DNA from: Candidatus Saccharibacteria bacterium UBA6572
GTDB taxonomy: Bacteria; Patescibacteriota; Saccharimonadia; Saccharimonadales; Saccharimonadaceae
Direction: 5' to 3'
Assembly: GCA_002434045.1 (NCBI GenBank)
Contig: DJJI01000003.1
Span: forward strand, 997 to 64,996
DNA: 64,000 nt
The position numbers and the translations under genes were made by a program. A model generated the notes under the pieces. That model made no database searches, was not told the DNA's origin, and was given only the letters and a program-made list of their open reading frames with translations. Below, one piece after another: positions 9,567-16,921 of the stretch (position 1 is its first letter; each line of letters starts with the position of its first letter).

Positions 9567-11104
9567 TGAAGGCAATCATGAGGGAAATGGGGAACAGAAA
9601 GACCGAGAACGGATTCGTTTCGATACTGACGGTCTTGATGTTCATGATCTTGACGACCATCGTGACCGTAAGTTTCGTGACCCTTACACTCGGAGAGCAG
9701 CGCCAGACACTTAACGATGACCTCGCAAAAGGCGCGTACGATGCTGCTCAGGCTGGGATAGAGGACGCGAAACGAGCTATTCGACATTGTCGCAACACTG
9801 GATGTGAAACGGCACTTTACAACCAATCATGTCCAGGTTTTTTTGAGACTAATCAGATGAAGACGGACCTTGGCCTGACGACCGTATCGCCGACGACCAA
9901 TGCCATCAGGGTTGGAGAGCCCTCTGCGAACCAGCGCTATACTTGCGTGACGGTGTCAAATGTCATCAACAAGTTCTGGGGTGAGCTTGATCCAAATTCT
10001 GCTGCCTCGCAGACCGTCTTTCTGCCGCTCAAGGGCGAAACTCCCTTTAACAGTGTGAAAATATCATGGTCGATGCGATCAGGCACTGCCGCGCTGCCAA
10101 GTGCAGCCCAGGTCCAAACAACTAATCCCTCGCTGCCGAACTGGAATGCGAACTGGCCTGCGGCCATGAGGACGATGATACTGAGTCACCCAACCGGTAA
10201 TGTTTCGGAGAGCTCCGTCACATCTCGATCAACCTTTTTCGTACCGGCTTCCGGAGGCGTGAACAACTATGGCCACGGTAGTACGAACGCCCGAATCGTC
10301 ACAAGGTGTAATACTGCCAACCAGGGTGGTGCGGAAAACGTCGATGGTGATTATCTATGTCAGATGACGATTACAGGGGTAGGTATAACAGGCCAAGATT
10401 GGTATCTTCAGCTCGCACCTTATTACCAAGCAGCCGCGTTCAAGGTGGAACTGTTCAATAACAGTACTCGGGTCAATATGGTGGACGCTGGTTATTTAGT
10501 AGACTCAACTGGCGCAGTTTCAGATGTCTATCGTCGGGTCCAAGTGATGCTCGGTCCTGATGATGTTGTTTCTCCGAGCAGCTCGATACAAAGTGGTGAA
10601 AAACTATGTAAGAACTTCAGAGTAACCGGCTTCTTTAATACTGTCTTGTCCCTTGGTGAAAACTGTGATCCGACCGTTTCGGTGACGCCGCCCGTGGGAG
10701 GTGGTGGCGGCGGCGGTGGTGGCAGTGCCCAGGCATTGCTCGGAGGTTATTGCTCAATTAATGTGTGTAACCCAGGTGATGACGATGATGGACCCGGGGG
10801 TGGTGGAGGCAACGGAAATGGTAACGGCAATGCGCCTCCAACCAACTATACGCAAAGAATCTTTAACGCGTCGAACAACCCCTCATCAGAAGTCGCAGGC
10901 TGTCGTTGGGCGATCAGTGACGGGACAGTGATAAATAACCAATACTGTAATTTCAATGACAGCTTTCTCCACACGTTCCCAACCACACCATACCCACCAA
11001 GAGTGAGATATGATGTTACCCTGACAGTTACACTGCGATCAGGTGAGCAGGCAACATATACGGGTGCGTTCTACGAGCCAAACTACACCAGCGCAGGCAA
11101 CTAG
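9566..11104 (+). CDS. PilX-like minor pilin with Gly-rich linkers and a C-terminal PKD-like domain
   Basis: ATG 9566 overlaps the upstream stop (TAATG). The N-terminus ...KTENGFVSILTVLMFMILTTIVTVSF is PilX-like, with no E+5. It has a poly-Gly tract (G9), a GGGGGNGNGNGN tract, and a C-terminal segment CRWAISDGTV...FLHTF...YDVTLTVTLRSG resembling the PKD signature. The ORF track extension to 9488 overlaps the previous gene and is not needed. Confidence 0.65.
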   Translation: MKAIMREMGNRKTENGFVSILTVLMFMILTTIVTVSFVTLTLGEQRQTLNDDLAKGAYDAAQAGIEDAKRAIRHCRNTGCETALYNQSCPGFFETNQMKTDLGLTTVSPTTNAIRVGEPSANQRYTCVTVSNVINKFWGELDPNSAASQTVFLPLKGETPFNSVKISWSMRSGTAALPSAAQVQTTNPSLPNWNANWPAAMRTMILSHPTGNVSESSVTSRSTFFVPASGGVNNYGHGSTNARIVTRCNTANQGGAENVDGDYLCQMTITGVGITGQDWYLQLAPYYQAAAFKVELFNNSTRVNMVDAGYLVDSTGAVSDVYRRVQVMLGPDDVVSPSSSIQSGEKLCKNFRVTGFFNTVLSLGENCDPTVSVTPPVGGGGGGGGGSAQALLGGYCSINVCNPGDDDDGPGGGGGNGNGNGNAPPTNYTQRIFNASNNPSSEVAGCRWAISDGTVINNQYCNFNDSFLHTFPTTPYPPRVRYDVTLTVTLRSGEQATYTGAFYEPNYTSAGN

Positions 11105-12021
11105 GCTGGTTTTTTAGTTCTATGGAACTTGCTGTGCACGTCGTGGAGATGCTGGTCAGTCACATGGGTGTAAATCTGGGTGGTCGCGATATTGCTATGA
11201 CCGAGCATACTCTGGACCGACCGGATGTCAGCACCGTTCATGAGCAGATCAGTCGCGAAACTGTGACGCAACGTATGTGGTGAGACATGCTTGGTGATGC
11301 CTGCCAGCTTTGCGTAGTGCGAGACGATGCGCTGGACGGAGCGAGGAGTGAGACGGAAGCTTTCCCCCTCGCTGTCTCCGTGTTTTGCGCCGCTGTAGCG
11401 GATAAAGAGTGGTTTGGCAGGGTCGCTACGAGTTTCGAGGTACGCGGCGAGGCACTCGGTAGCTTCGGGGCTGACAAAGACCGGCCGGTCCTTTTGTCCC
11501 TTACCACGCACCATGAACTCGCCGCGCTGCAGGTTGACGTGGTCGCGGTTCAGGTTACACAGCTCGCTGACGCGGAGCCCAGATGAGTAGAGCAGCTCCA
11601 GGATAGCTTTGTCACGTAGCCCCCCAGCCGATTGGCCGTCAATTGCCTCGAGGATACGCTCGGTCTCCTCCTGAGTTAGGAAACTAACCTGTTTGCGCTT
11701 TGTTTTCGGTAATTCCACCTTTTCCGGAGTCAGCGTCTCGATATCACGCTTCGAGCAGTAGCCAAGGAAGCTTCGAAGGGCGATCAGGTGGTAGCTCTGG
11801 GTAAGGGTACTGAGGCTATCGCCGGCTTCGTTTTCATAACGATTGAGCCATAGGCGCCATTTACGGACCATCTCGCTGGTAATCTTTTCGACTTCGATGT
11901 CGCCGGCAAATTCAACCAGCCGATCAAGGTAGAGGTGGTAGTTCTCGGCTGTGCGCTGTGAACGGCCGCGTTCAACCTCGACGTGCTCGATGAAGTCGAT
12001 GATGAGCTCTGAGAGGTACAT
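11101..12021 (-). CDS. xerC: Tyrosine recombinase, XerC/XerD family
   Basis: Catalytic contexts GLRVSEL, HTLRHSFAT and LGHSNIATTQIYTHV are present, with an N-terminal SAM-like core-binding domain. The start is taken at MYLSELIID (ATG 12021); the ORF track extends to 12171. Confidence 0.85.
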   Translation of the reverse strand: MYLSELIIDFIEHVEVERGRSQRTAENYHLYLDRLVEFAGDIEVEKITSEMVRKWRLWLNRYENEAGDSLSTLTQSYHLIALRSFLGYCSKRDIETLTPEKVELPKTKRKQVSFLTQEETERILEAIDGQSAGGLRDKAILELLYSSGLRVSELCNLNRDHVNLQRGEFMVRGKGQKDRPVFVSPEATECLAAYLETRSDPAKPLFIRYSGAKHGDSEGESFRLTPRSVQRIVSHYAKLAGITKHVSPHTLRHSFATDLLMNGADIRSVQSMLGHSNIATTQIYTHVTDQHLHDVHSKFHRTKKPA

Positions 12022-12085
12022 ACGCCTATCATACCGCTTACGTTCATATTTTGCGACACGGTGCCGTGCGGTACAATAAATTGCA

Positions 12086-12880
12086 ATGACTATCTTTGAA
12101 GCCATCGTCCTGGGTCTCGTCCAGGGTTTGACCGAGTTTATCCCGGTTTCGAGCTCAGGGCATCTACTCATCTTTCAGAATTTCTTGCTCGGAGAGGTTG
12201 ATCACCTATTTATTCAAGCGCTTGATTTCGGGACCTTAGCGGCGCTACTCATCTACTTCTGGCCAAAACTCAAAGACTTGTTTCTACAGGTAACGAAACA
12301 AGATGATTACCGTCTGGCACGTAATATTCTCATCACGAGTATTCCAGCGGGGCTTTTGGGGCTCTTACTGGCTGACTTCATCCAGACCAACCCGTTTATC
12401 CTCTCGCCGTACCTGACGGTAGCGATGCTGGCCAGTGTCGGTGTGCTGATGATACTATCCGATATGCTGCCTCAGAAAACTGCTCGTGAGAGCGGTAGTG
12501 ATCTTAGTGCACGCCGTTCATTGTTCATCGGTTTGGCACAGAGCCTCGCGCTGATACCGGGTGTATCTCGTTCTGGTTCAACGATACTGGCTAGCCGCGT
12601 TATGGGGCTCAACCCTAAGGCTGCCGCAGAATACAGCTTTATGGTTTCGATCCCGATCATGGTCGGTCTGGTCGGCAAGCTGCTCCTCAAGCCATCCGAC
12701 CGCCAATACCTCATCGACAACGCCGGAGTATTGTTAGTGGCTAACCTGACAGCCTTTGTCGCGGCGCTTCTCGCCATCCATTTCCTGCTGAGCTACTTGT
12801 CGAAACATGGCCTCAGTATATTTGGCTATTACCGCATAGCCCTTGCTACGGTCGTACTGTATCTACTTCTGTTACAATAG
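12086..12880 (+). CDS. uppP: Undecaprenyl-diphosphate phosphatase (BacA/UppP)
   Basis: Motifs EFIPVSSSGHL and PGVSRSGSTI in a polytopic membrane protein of 264 aa. Confidence 0.9.
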   Translation: MTIFEAIVLGLVQGLTEFIPVSSSGHLLIFQNFLLGEVDHLFIQALDFGTLAALLIYFWPKLKDLFLQVTKQDDYRLARNILITSIPAGLLGLLLADFIQTNPFILSPYLTVAMLASVGVLMILSDMLPQKTARESGSDLSARRSLFIGLAQSLALIPGVSRSGSTILASRVMGLNPKAAAEYSFMVSIPIMVGLVGKLLLKPSDRQYLIDNAGVLLVANLTAFVAALLAIHFLLSYLSKHGLSIFGYYRIALATVVLYLLLLQ

Positions 12881-12911
12881 GGACAAGATTGAACAACAAA
12901 AGGAGTCATTT

Positions 12912-13427
12912 GTGGAGCAAACGCTCGTCGTCTTAAAACCTGACACTGTGCAGCGAGGTATCGCTGGAGAGATTATTACTCGGTTCGAAAAAGCCGGCCT
13001 AAAGATCGTGGGCATGAAAATGGTCGCACCCGATGAAAAACATTTCCACGAACACTATGAGGGCATCAGTCAGCTCATCAGTAGGTGGGGAGAAGAGATT
13101 TACCGTATTACGCTCAGCCACATGACTGAAGGTCCGGTCGTCGCACTCGTGCTTGAAGGCGTCGAAGCGGTTGAACATGTTCGCAAGATGGTCGGCGCGA
13201 CCGACCCCAAAGATTCAGCACCCGGTACTATCAGGGGTGACTACACGCACGTGACCCGTAACTTCACCAACTCCCGTGGTGGGACCTTGCCGAACATCCT
13301 TCATGCATCGGGTGACAAAACAGAAGCTGAGAAGGAAATTGCCCTCTGGTTTGATAAGACGGATATCTATAGCTATACCACTGCCACCGAAAGTACGGTT
13401 CACGGCCGCGTCCCAGAGAAAAAATAG
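12912..13427 (+). CDS. ndk: Nucleoside diphosphate kinase
   Basis: TLVVLKPD, GATDP...PGTIRGD and NILHASGD (the N-x-x-H-x-S-D active-site context) are present. The GTG 12912 start lies 7 nt after AGGAG; the ORF track start at 12843 overlaps uppP. Confidence 0.85.
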   Translation: MEQTLVVLKPDTVQRGIAGEIITRFEKAGLKIVGMKMVAPDEKHFHEHYEGISQLISRWGEEIYRITLSHMTEGPVVALVLEGVEAVEHVRKMVGATDPKDSAPGTIRGDYTHVTRNFTNSRGGTLPNILHASGDKTEAEKEIALWFDKTDIYSYTTATESTVHGRVPEKK

Positions 13428-13441
13428 TATACTAGCTAGGC

Positions 13442-13516
13442 GCCCTGGTAGTTCAACGGATAGAATAATACCGTCCTAAGGTGGAGATGTTGGTTCGATT
13501 CCAGCCCGGGGTACCA
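13442..13516 (+). tRNA. tRNA-Arg (anticodon CCT)
   Basis: Hand-folded cloverleaf: acceptor gccctgg/ccggggt, D arm gttc-aacggata-gaat, anticodon loop gtCCTaa, T arm gttgg-ttcgatt-ccagc, and an encoded CCA. The anticodon stem has one mismatch. Confidence 0.75.
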
Positions 13517-13569
13517 CATAAGCGAATGAAATACCGGTAATTCACCGGTATTTTTAGTATCATAGTCCC

Positions 13570-14085
13570 ATGGAACCTGCATTTGATGGTCAGCGAGAGG
13601 GCGAAGAAGTCGTCCTGGTCTTTCGCCGTCATATCATCGCGCTTCGCAAAGGTTTTTACTCGATACTGGTACCATTCGCGTTGGCCAGCCTACCAACCCT
13701 TTTCTTTCCGGGAGAGTTGCTCTATCTCTACATTGCGTTCGGTGGTCTTGCGTTCGGTCTCGTCCTGTTCTTTTACCACTGGATTGGTTGGTACTTCACG
13801 ATATTCATCCTGACTGACCAGCGCCTTAGACAGAGCACGCAAAAGGGCTTTTTCGGCAAGAGCGTCATCGACCTACCGGTATCAAAGATCCAAAACATAA
13901 GCTATACTATTCCTGGATTGAGTGGTGAGTTGTTTGGCTTCGGAACCATCGTTATTCAGACGTATGTTGGCGACCTTATCCTCGATCTCATCCACCAACC
14001 GGGCGAAGTGTATAACAAGCTGCAAGATGTCGCGGCAACAGCCGCCCCTAATACCTCAGGAAATCATGAAGAAATTAACAGCTAA
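13570..14085 (+). CDS. Membrane protein with a bacterial PH (bPH_2/YdbT-like) domain
   Basis: Two TM helices followed by ILTDQRLRQ...VIDLPVSKIQNISY...GFGTIVIQT, which resembles the bPH_2 pattern. Confidence 0.55.
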   Translation: MEPAFDGQREGEEVVLVFRRHIIALRKGFYSILVPFALASLPTLFFPGELLYLYIAFGGLAFGLVLFFYHWIGWYFTIFILTDQRLRQSTQKGFFGKSVIDLPVSKIQNISYTIPGLSGELFGFGTIVIQTYVGDLILDLIHQPGEVYNKLQDVAATAAPNTSGNHEEINS

Positions 14086-15097
14086 GTTCAAAAAGGCTCA
14101 ACCGCCTGAAGAGAAGTCGAGCCGGATCACCAACGAGACGGTCGCAGAACATCGTGAACAGATTTTGGCCGGCGGACGCAAGTTCAAGTATCCGGTCCAA
14201 TACGCAAAGCACAAACTCGTGCTCAACAGCCTCCTGATTGCGTTCGGTGCCATAGTACTCTTGTTCGTCCTCTGTTGGTACCTGCTGTACTTCGCGCAAG
14301 TGAACACCAAATTTATGTATCGGCTTACGCAGCTCGTGCCAGTGCCAGTCGCGAACGTCGACGGTGAAGATGTCCGCTATAGTGAATACCTCAAGAAATA
14401 TCGCAGCGATATCTTCTCGCTGGTTCAACAGGAGCAGATCAATCTCAAGAGCGCCGACGGCAAGCGCCAGAGCGAGTACTACAAGCGTCGCGAGCTCGAT
14501 GCGGCCATCAAAGAGGCGTATGCAGCCAAGTTGGCACGTGAACTCAAGATTACCGTCAGCCGTGCCGAAGTGGACGAATTTATCACCAAGACGGTGAACA
14601 GCAAGTCGATCAGCCTCGAAGCTTACGAAAAGACGGTGCTCCGCAACTTTTATGACTGGTCGCTCGATGAGTACCGTGGTGTCGTCAAAGCACGCCTCAT
14701 CACGCAAAAGGTAAGCTTTGCTATCGACGATGCTGCTCTCGCTCGTACCAAGTCGCTTGCCGCGCAGGCCAAAGGTGGGGCGGACTTTGCAAAGCTAGCT
14801 GCCGAGAACTCTGACGACCTCGCAACCAAGGGCAATGGTGGTGATGTTGGTGGCTTGCCGCTGGACAACCAAGACCCAAATCGTCTGATCGTTGCTGCTC
14901 AAAAACTTGAAAAGGGTCAGGTAAGTGATCCAATTCAGGGAAGCGATGGTTACTATGTCATCAAACTTATCGAAAAGAGTGACACAGCAGTGCACTACGC
15001 ACAGATAAAGGTAAATCTGACTGAGTTTGACAAGCGATTTGAGGCCGTTAAGAACGACAAAAAGATCAAAGAACACATCAAGGTCGAGCAGCTGTAG
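14066..15097 (+). CDS. Membrane-anchored PpiC/parvulin-type peptidyl-prolyl isomerase (PrsA/SurA-like)
   Basis: N-terminal TM (LLIAFGAIVLLFVLCWYLLYF) and a C-terminal parvulin block GADFAKLAAENSDD...GGDVGGL...GQVSDPIQGSDGYYVIKL. The start is taken at ATG 14066 (MKKLTAKF); the ORF track start at 13922 lies inside the previous gene. Confidence 0.8.
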   Translation: MKKLTAKFKKAQPPEEKSSRITNETVAEHREQILAGGRKFKYPVQYAKHKLVLNSLLIAFGAIVLLFVLCWYLLYFAQVNTKFMYRLTQLVPVPVANVDGEDVRYSEYLKKYRSDIFSLVQQEQINLKSADGKRQSEYYKRRELDAAIKEAYAAKLARELKITVSRAEVDEFITKTVNSKSISLEAYEKTVLRNFYDWSLDEYRGVVKARLITQKVSFAIDDAALARTKSLAAQAKGGADFAKLAAENSDDLATKGNGGDVGGLPLDNQDPNRLIVAAQKLEKGQVSDPIQGSDGYYVIKLIEKSDTAVHYAQIKVNLTEFDKRFEAVKNDKKIKEHIKVEQL

Positions 15098-15101
15098 GAC
15101 C

Positions 15102-15129
15102 AAAAATCACCTCCTTCGAGGTGATTTTC
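15102..15129 (+). terminator. Rho-independent terminator
   Basis: Stem aaaatcacctc / gaggtgatttt with loop cttc and a T-run. Confidence 0.85.
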
Positions 15130-15251
15130 ATATGCTTTGTAGCGGGCCCTGGTGGATGAAGTTGGAACTTTAGATACTCTAAGAAATGAAAGCGCCCCTC
15201 AGGGCACCTTCACCTCGAAATGAGAGAGGTGCCCTTTAGGGCTGTTGTTGG

Positions 15252-15863
15252 TCACGCCGCCCGCATGAGGGGGTTGACTGTGAAGTAGGGCTCGCGTCCG
15301 TGGACTCCGCTGCCGACGATGCGCAGGAACTGCCGGTCGAAGTCGGCCTGTACCGGGAGGCTCTCGTGAGGTGTGAGGATCCCGATGCGGTGTACCTCGC
15401 CAGCCTGCATGAGAACAGCGTCCTCGTATGGATACAGGTCAGCCTGATTGCCGATGTCACCGTCGTACGAGGTGTCCTCGTGCTCGACGTCCCACAGGGC
15501 GCAGCTGCCGCTCAGGTTGTTCGCGAGCAGCACCCGGACATCGCGGTCAAGGAATACGTTGGTCGCCGATCCCCAGCCACTTCCGCCCCAGCCGAACTGG
15601 CCTGTGGGCCGGCGACCTGCTTCGGTGTGAAGCGCGCGGCCGAACGTGGCGCGGGCTCCGCGGTGCGGCACACCCTTGCGAACGGGTGACTCGTCGATGG
15701 TCAGGAACCCGACGTCGCCTCTCGTGAGGTACGTCGACTCGACGATGCTGCGGTACGCAGCGTAGTCGTCCGGAATCGAATCCGGATCGCCCTGGATGTA
15801 GGGCATCATGAGGCAACGAACTTCCGAATACTCGGGGAAGGTCACCGTTCCAACTTGTGTCAT
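15252..15863 (-). CDS. Hypothetical protein encoded by a high-GC (actinobacterial-like) gene
   Basis: 203-aa ORF with AAGGA 8 nt upstream of the ATG. Codon third positions are strongly G/C. Five other ORFs of 60 aa or more overlap it on both strands, which is typical of GC-rich DNA. I recognise no family motif. Confidence 0.6.
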   Translation of the reverse strand: MTQVGTVTFPEYSEVRCLMMPYIQGDPDSIPDDYAAYRSIVESTYLTRGDVGFLTIDESPVRKGVPHRGARATFGRALHTEAGRRPTGQFGWGGSGWGSATNVFLDRDVRVLLANNLSGSCALWDVEHEDTSYDGDIGNQADLYPYEDAVLMQAGEVHRIGILTPHESLPVQADFDRQFLRIVGSGVHGREPYFTVNPLMRAA

Positions 15864-15922
15864 TGGCGTTCCTTAATGTTCGAGGTATTCCTACACACAC
15901 CCGAATGGGCACGATAATAAAA

Positions 15923-15946
15923 TTAATACCACAAAAGTGGTATTAA
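15923..15946 (-). terminator. Hairpin with T-run (minus strand) between the tRNA-Asp repeat copy and the high-GC gene
   Basis: Perfect 10-bp stem ttaataccac / gtggtattaa with loop aaaa. On the minus strand it is followed by ttttatt. Confidence 0.5.
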
Positions 15947-15954
15947 TCAATACT

Positions 15955-15972
15955 TGGCGGGCCCGACCGGAT
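15955..15972 (-). repeat. Direct repeat: perfect 18-nt copy of the tRNA-Asp 3' end (att-like)
   Basis: tggcgggcccgaccggat at 15955-15972 is identical to 16126-16143, which is the 3' end of tRNA-Asp including CCA. A third, degenerate copy at 15141-15160 (agcgggccctggtggatgaa) shares the blocks gcgggccc and ggatgaa at the same spacing. Confidence 0.85.
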
Positions 15973-16125
15973 GAACGCACGATGATAGACTAGCTTCGCT
16001 ATTCCACCATCGGCTAAACCTTGTACAAATCAGAGATTTGACAAGCTTCTGAACCGTCTTCGCCGGTTCGTATCCGAAACGAGCAAACACGAAAAAAGTC
16101 CACCAGAGTAGGTGAACTTTTTTCG

Positions 16126-16203
16126 TGGCGGGCCCGACCGGATTCGAACCGGCGATCTCCTCCGTGACAGGGAGGCGTGATAGGCCAACTTCACTACGAG
16201 CCC
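16126..16203 (-). tRNA. tRNA-Asp (anticodon GTC)
   Basis: Hand-folded: acceptor gggctcg/cgggccc, D arm gtga...tcac, anticodon arm cctcc-ctGTCac-ggagg, T arm gccgg-ttcgaat-ccggt, and an encoded CCA. Confidence 0.9.
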
Positions 16204-16320
16204 GCGACGTCAGTCGCGCCCAGTCACAGGTTTCGGGCACGAATTCGACCAAGCAATCTTAGCAAATTTTCACCCCCTACGCAACAGGGGAGAGTTTGCT
16301 ATAATGGTCGGCGGACCTGT

Positions 16321-16396
16321 GCCACTTTAGCTCAGTTGGTAGAGCGACACATTCGTAACGTGTAGGTCAGCAGTTCGATCCTGCTAAGTGGCTCCA
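16321..16396 (+). tRNA. tRNA-Thr (anticodon CGT)
   Basis: gccactt acceptor, gctc-agttggta-gagc D arm, anticodon loop ttCGTaa, T arm cagca?gttcgatcctgct context, and an encoded CCA. Confidence 0.88.
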
Positions 16397-16415
16397 CGTC
16401 GGTATTCACTTCGGC

Positions 16416-16458
16416 GTCGCCAATCATTTTGCGATCAAGTAGCAAAATGATTGGCGAC
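16416..16458 (+). terminator. Perfect 17-bp hairpin after tRNA-Thr (terminator-like, no T-run)
   Basis: gtcgccaatcattttgc - gatcaagta - gcaaaatgattggcgac. Confidence 0.45.
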
Positions 16459-16554
16459 ACCTCCGTTATACCTCCTTTCGACTGAAAACAGGGTTTTCAC
16501 TCGGGAATCGCAGAGAATATGGGGCGCATTCGCGCTATACTAATGCATAGAGTT

Positions 16555-16920
16555 ATGAAGAAAACCTTTCAAAGTTCCATCCGAGATCGCAGCTATGTGA
16601 TACCACTGGCGCTCGGGGCACTGCTCGTCATCGTCCTGCTCATCATGGGTGCGGCTCAGATTCGCATCTCTGAGCTCCAGGTACCGGTGCGTTATACCAG
16701 TTTTGGTATCACGAACTTTTACCGTGAACAGTGGTTTTATCAGCTGACATTTCTGTTTTTTGGGCTTCTTGTCTATGTCATGCACACGCTCGTTGGGCTC
16801 AAGCTGTTCGAGAAAAAAGGACACGACTTCGCTGTTGCGTTCCAGTGGCTGACGGTCGGCTTACTACTTATGACCGTCATCACGGTAGCGGCAATCTTTC
16901 AGGTGGCGGACCTCGTCTAA
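16555..16920 (+). CDS. Small polytopic membrane protein (partner of the downstream GT2 synthase)
   Basis: Three or four TM helices, with its stop 1 nt before the next start. The start is taken at MKKTFQ (ATG 16555), downstream of a TATACT box; the ORF track starts at 16519. Confidence 0.5.
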   Translation: MKKTFQSSIRDRSYVIPLALGALLVIVLLIMGAAQIRISELQVPVRYTSFGITNFYREQWFYQLTFLFFGLLVYVMHTLVGLKLFEKKGHDFAVAFQWLTVGLLLMTVITVAAIFQVADLV

Positions 16921-16921
16921 C

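Larger units (their letters stand above)
15141..15972 (-). mobile_element. Putative horizontally acquired islet inserted next to tRNA-Asp (high-GC cargo gene bounded by tRNA-3'-end-derived direct repeats)
   Basis: The boundaries are the degenerate repeat at 15141-15160 and the perfect 18-nt repeat at 15955-15972. The interior gene is far more GC-rich than its flanks. No integrase is present. Confidence 0.5.

Noticed and set aside
11101-12021. Xer-type tyrosine recombinase as a marker of a mobile element carrying the pilus locus
   Set aside because: No flanking repeats, compositional shift or cargo boundary is visible. The sequence looks like the chromosomal dimer-resolution XerC/D type, and it lies 3 kb from the tRNA-Asp islet with housekeeping genes in between.
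14075-14707. 210-aa ORF antisense to the PPIase gene, and similar long antisense ORFs at 20462-21607, 37499-38155, 42571-43038 and inside the giant gene (e.g. 50665-51150)
   Set aside because: Each is fully embedded opposite a gene with clear family motifs. They have no independent signals and low-complexity or odd composition.
15236-15912. Five additional overlapping ORFs of 60-129 aa on both strands (15236-15460, 15300-15689, 15428-15727, 15448-15630, 15547-15912)
   Set aside because: These are the stop-codon-poor artefact of the high-GC insert. Only the 203-aa minus-strand frame has an SD-like AAGGA, GC3 bias and full-length extent.
15947-16252. 101-aa minus-strand ORF
   Set aside because: It overlaps tRNA-Asp and the att-like repeat, and has no start-site signals.
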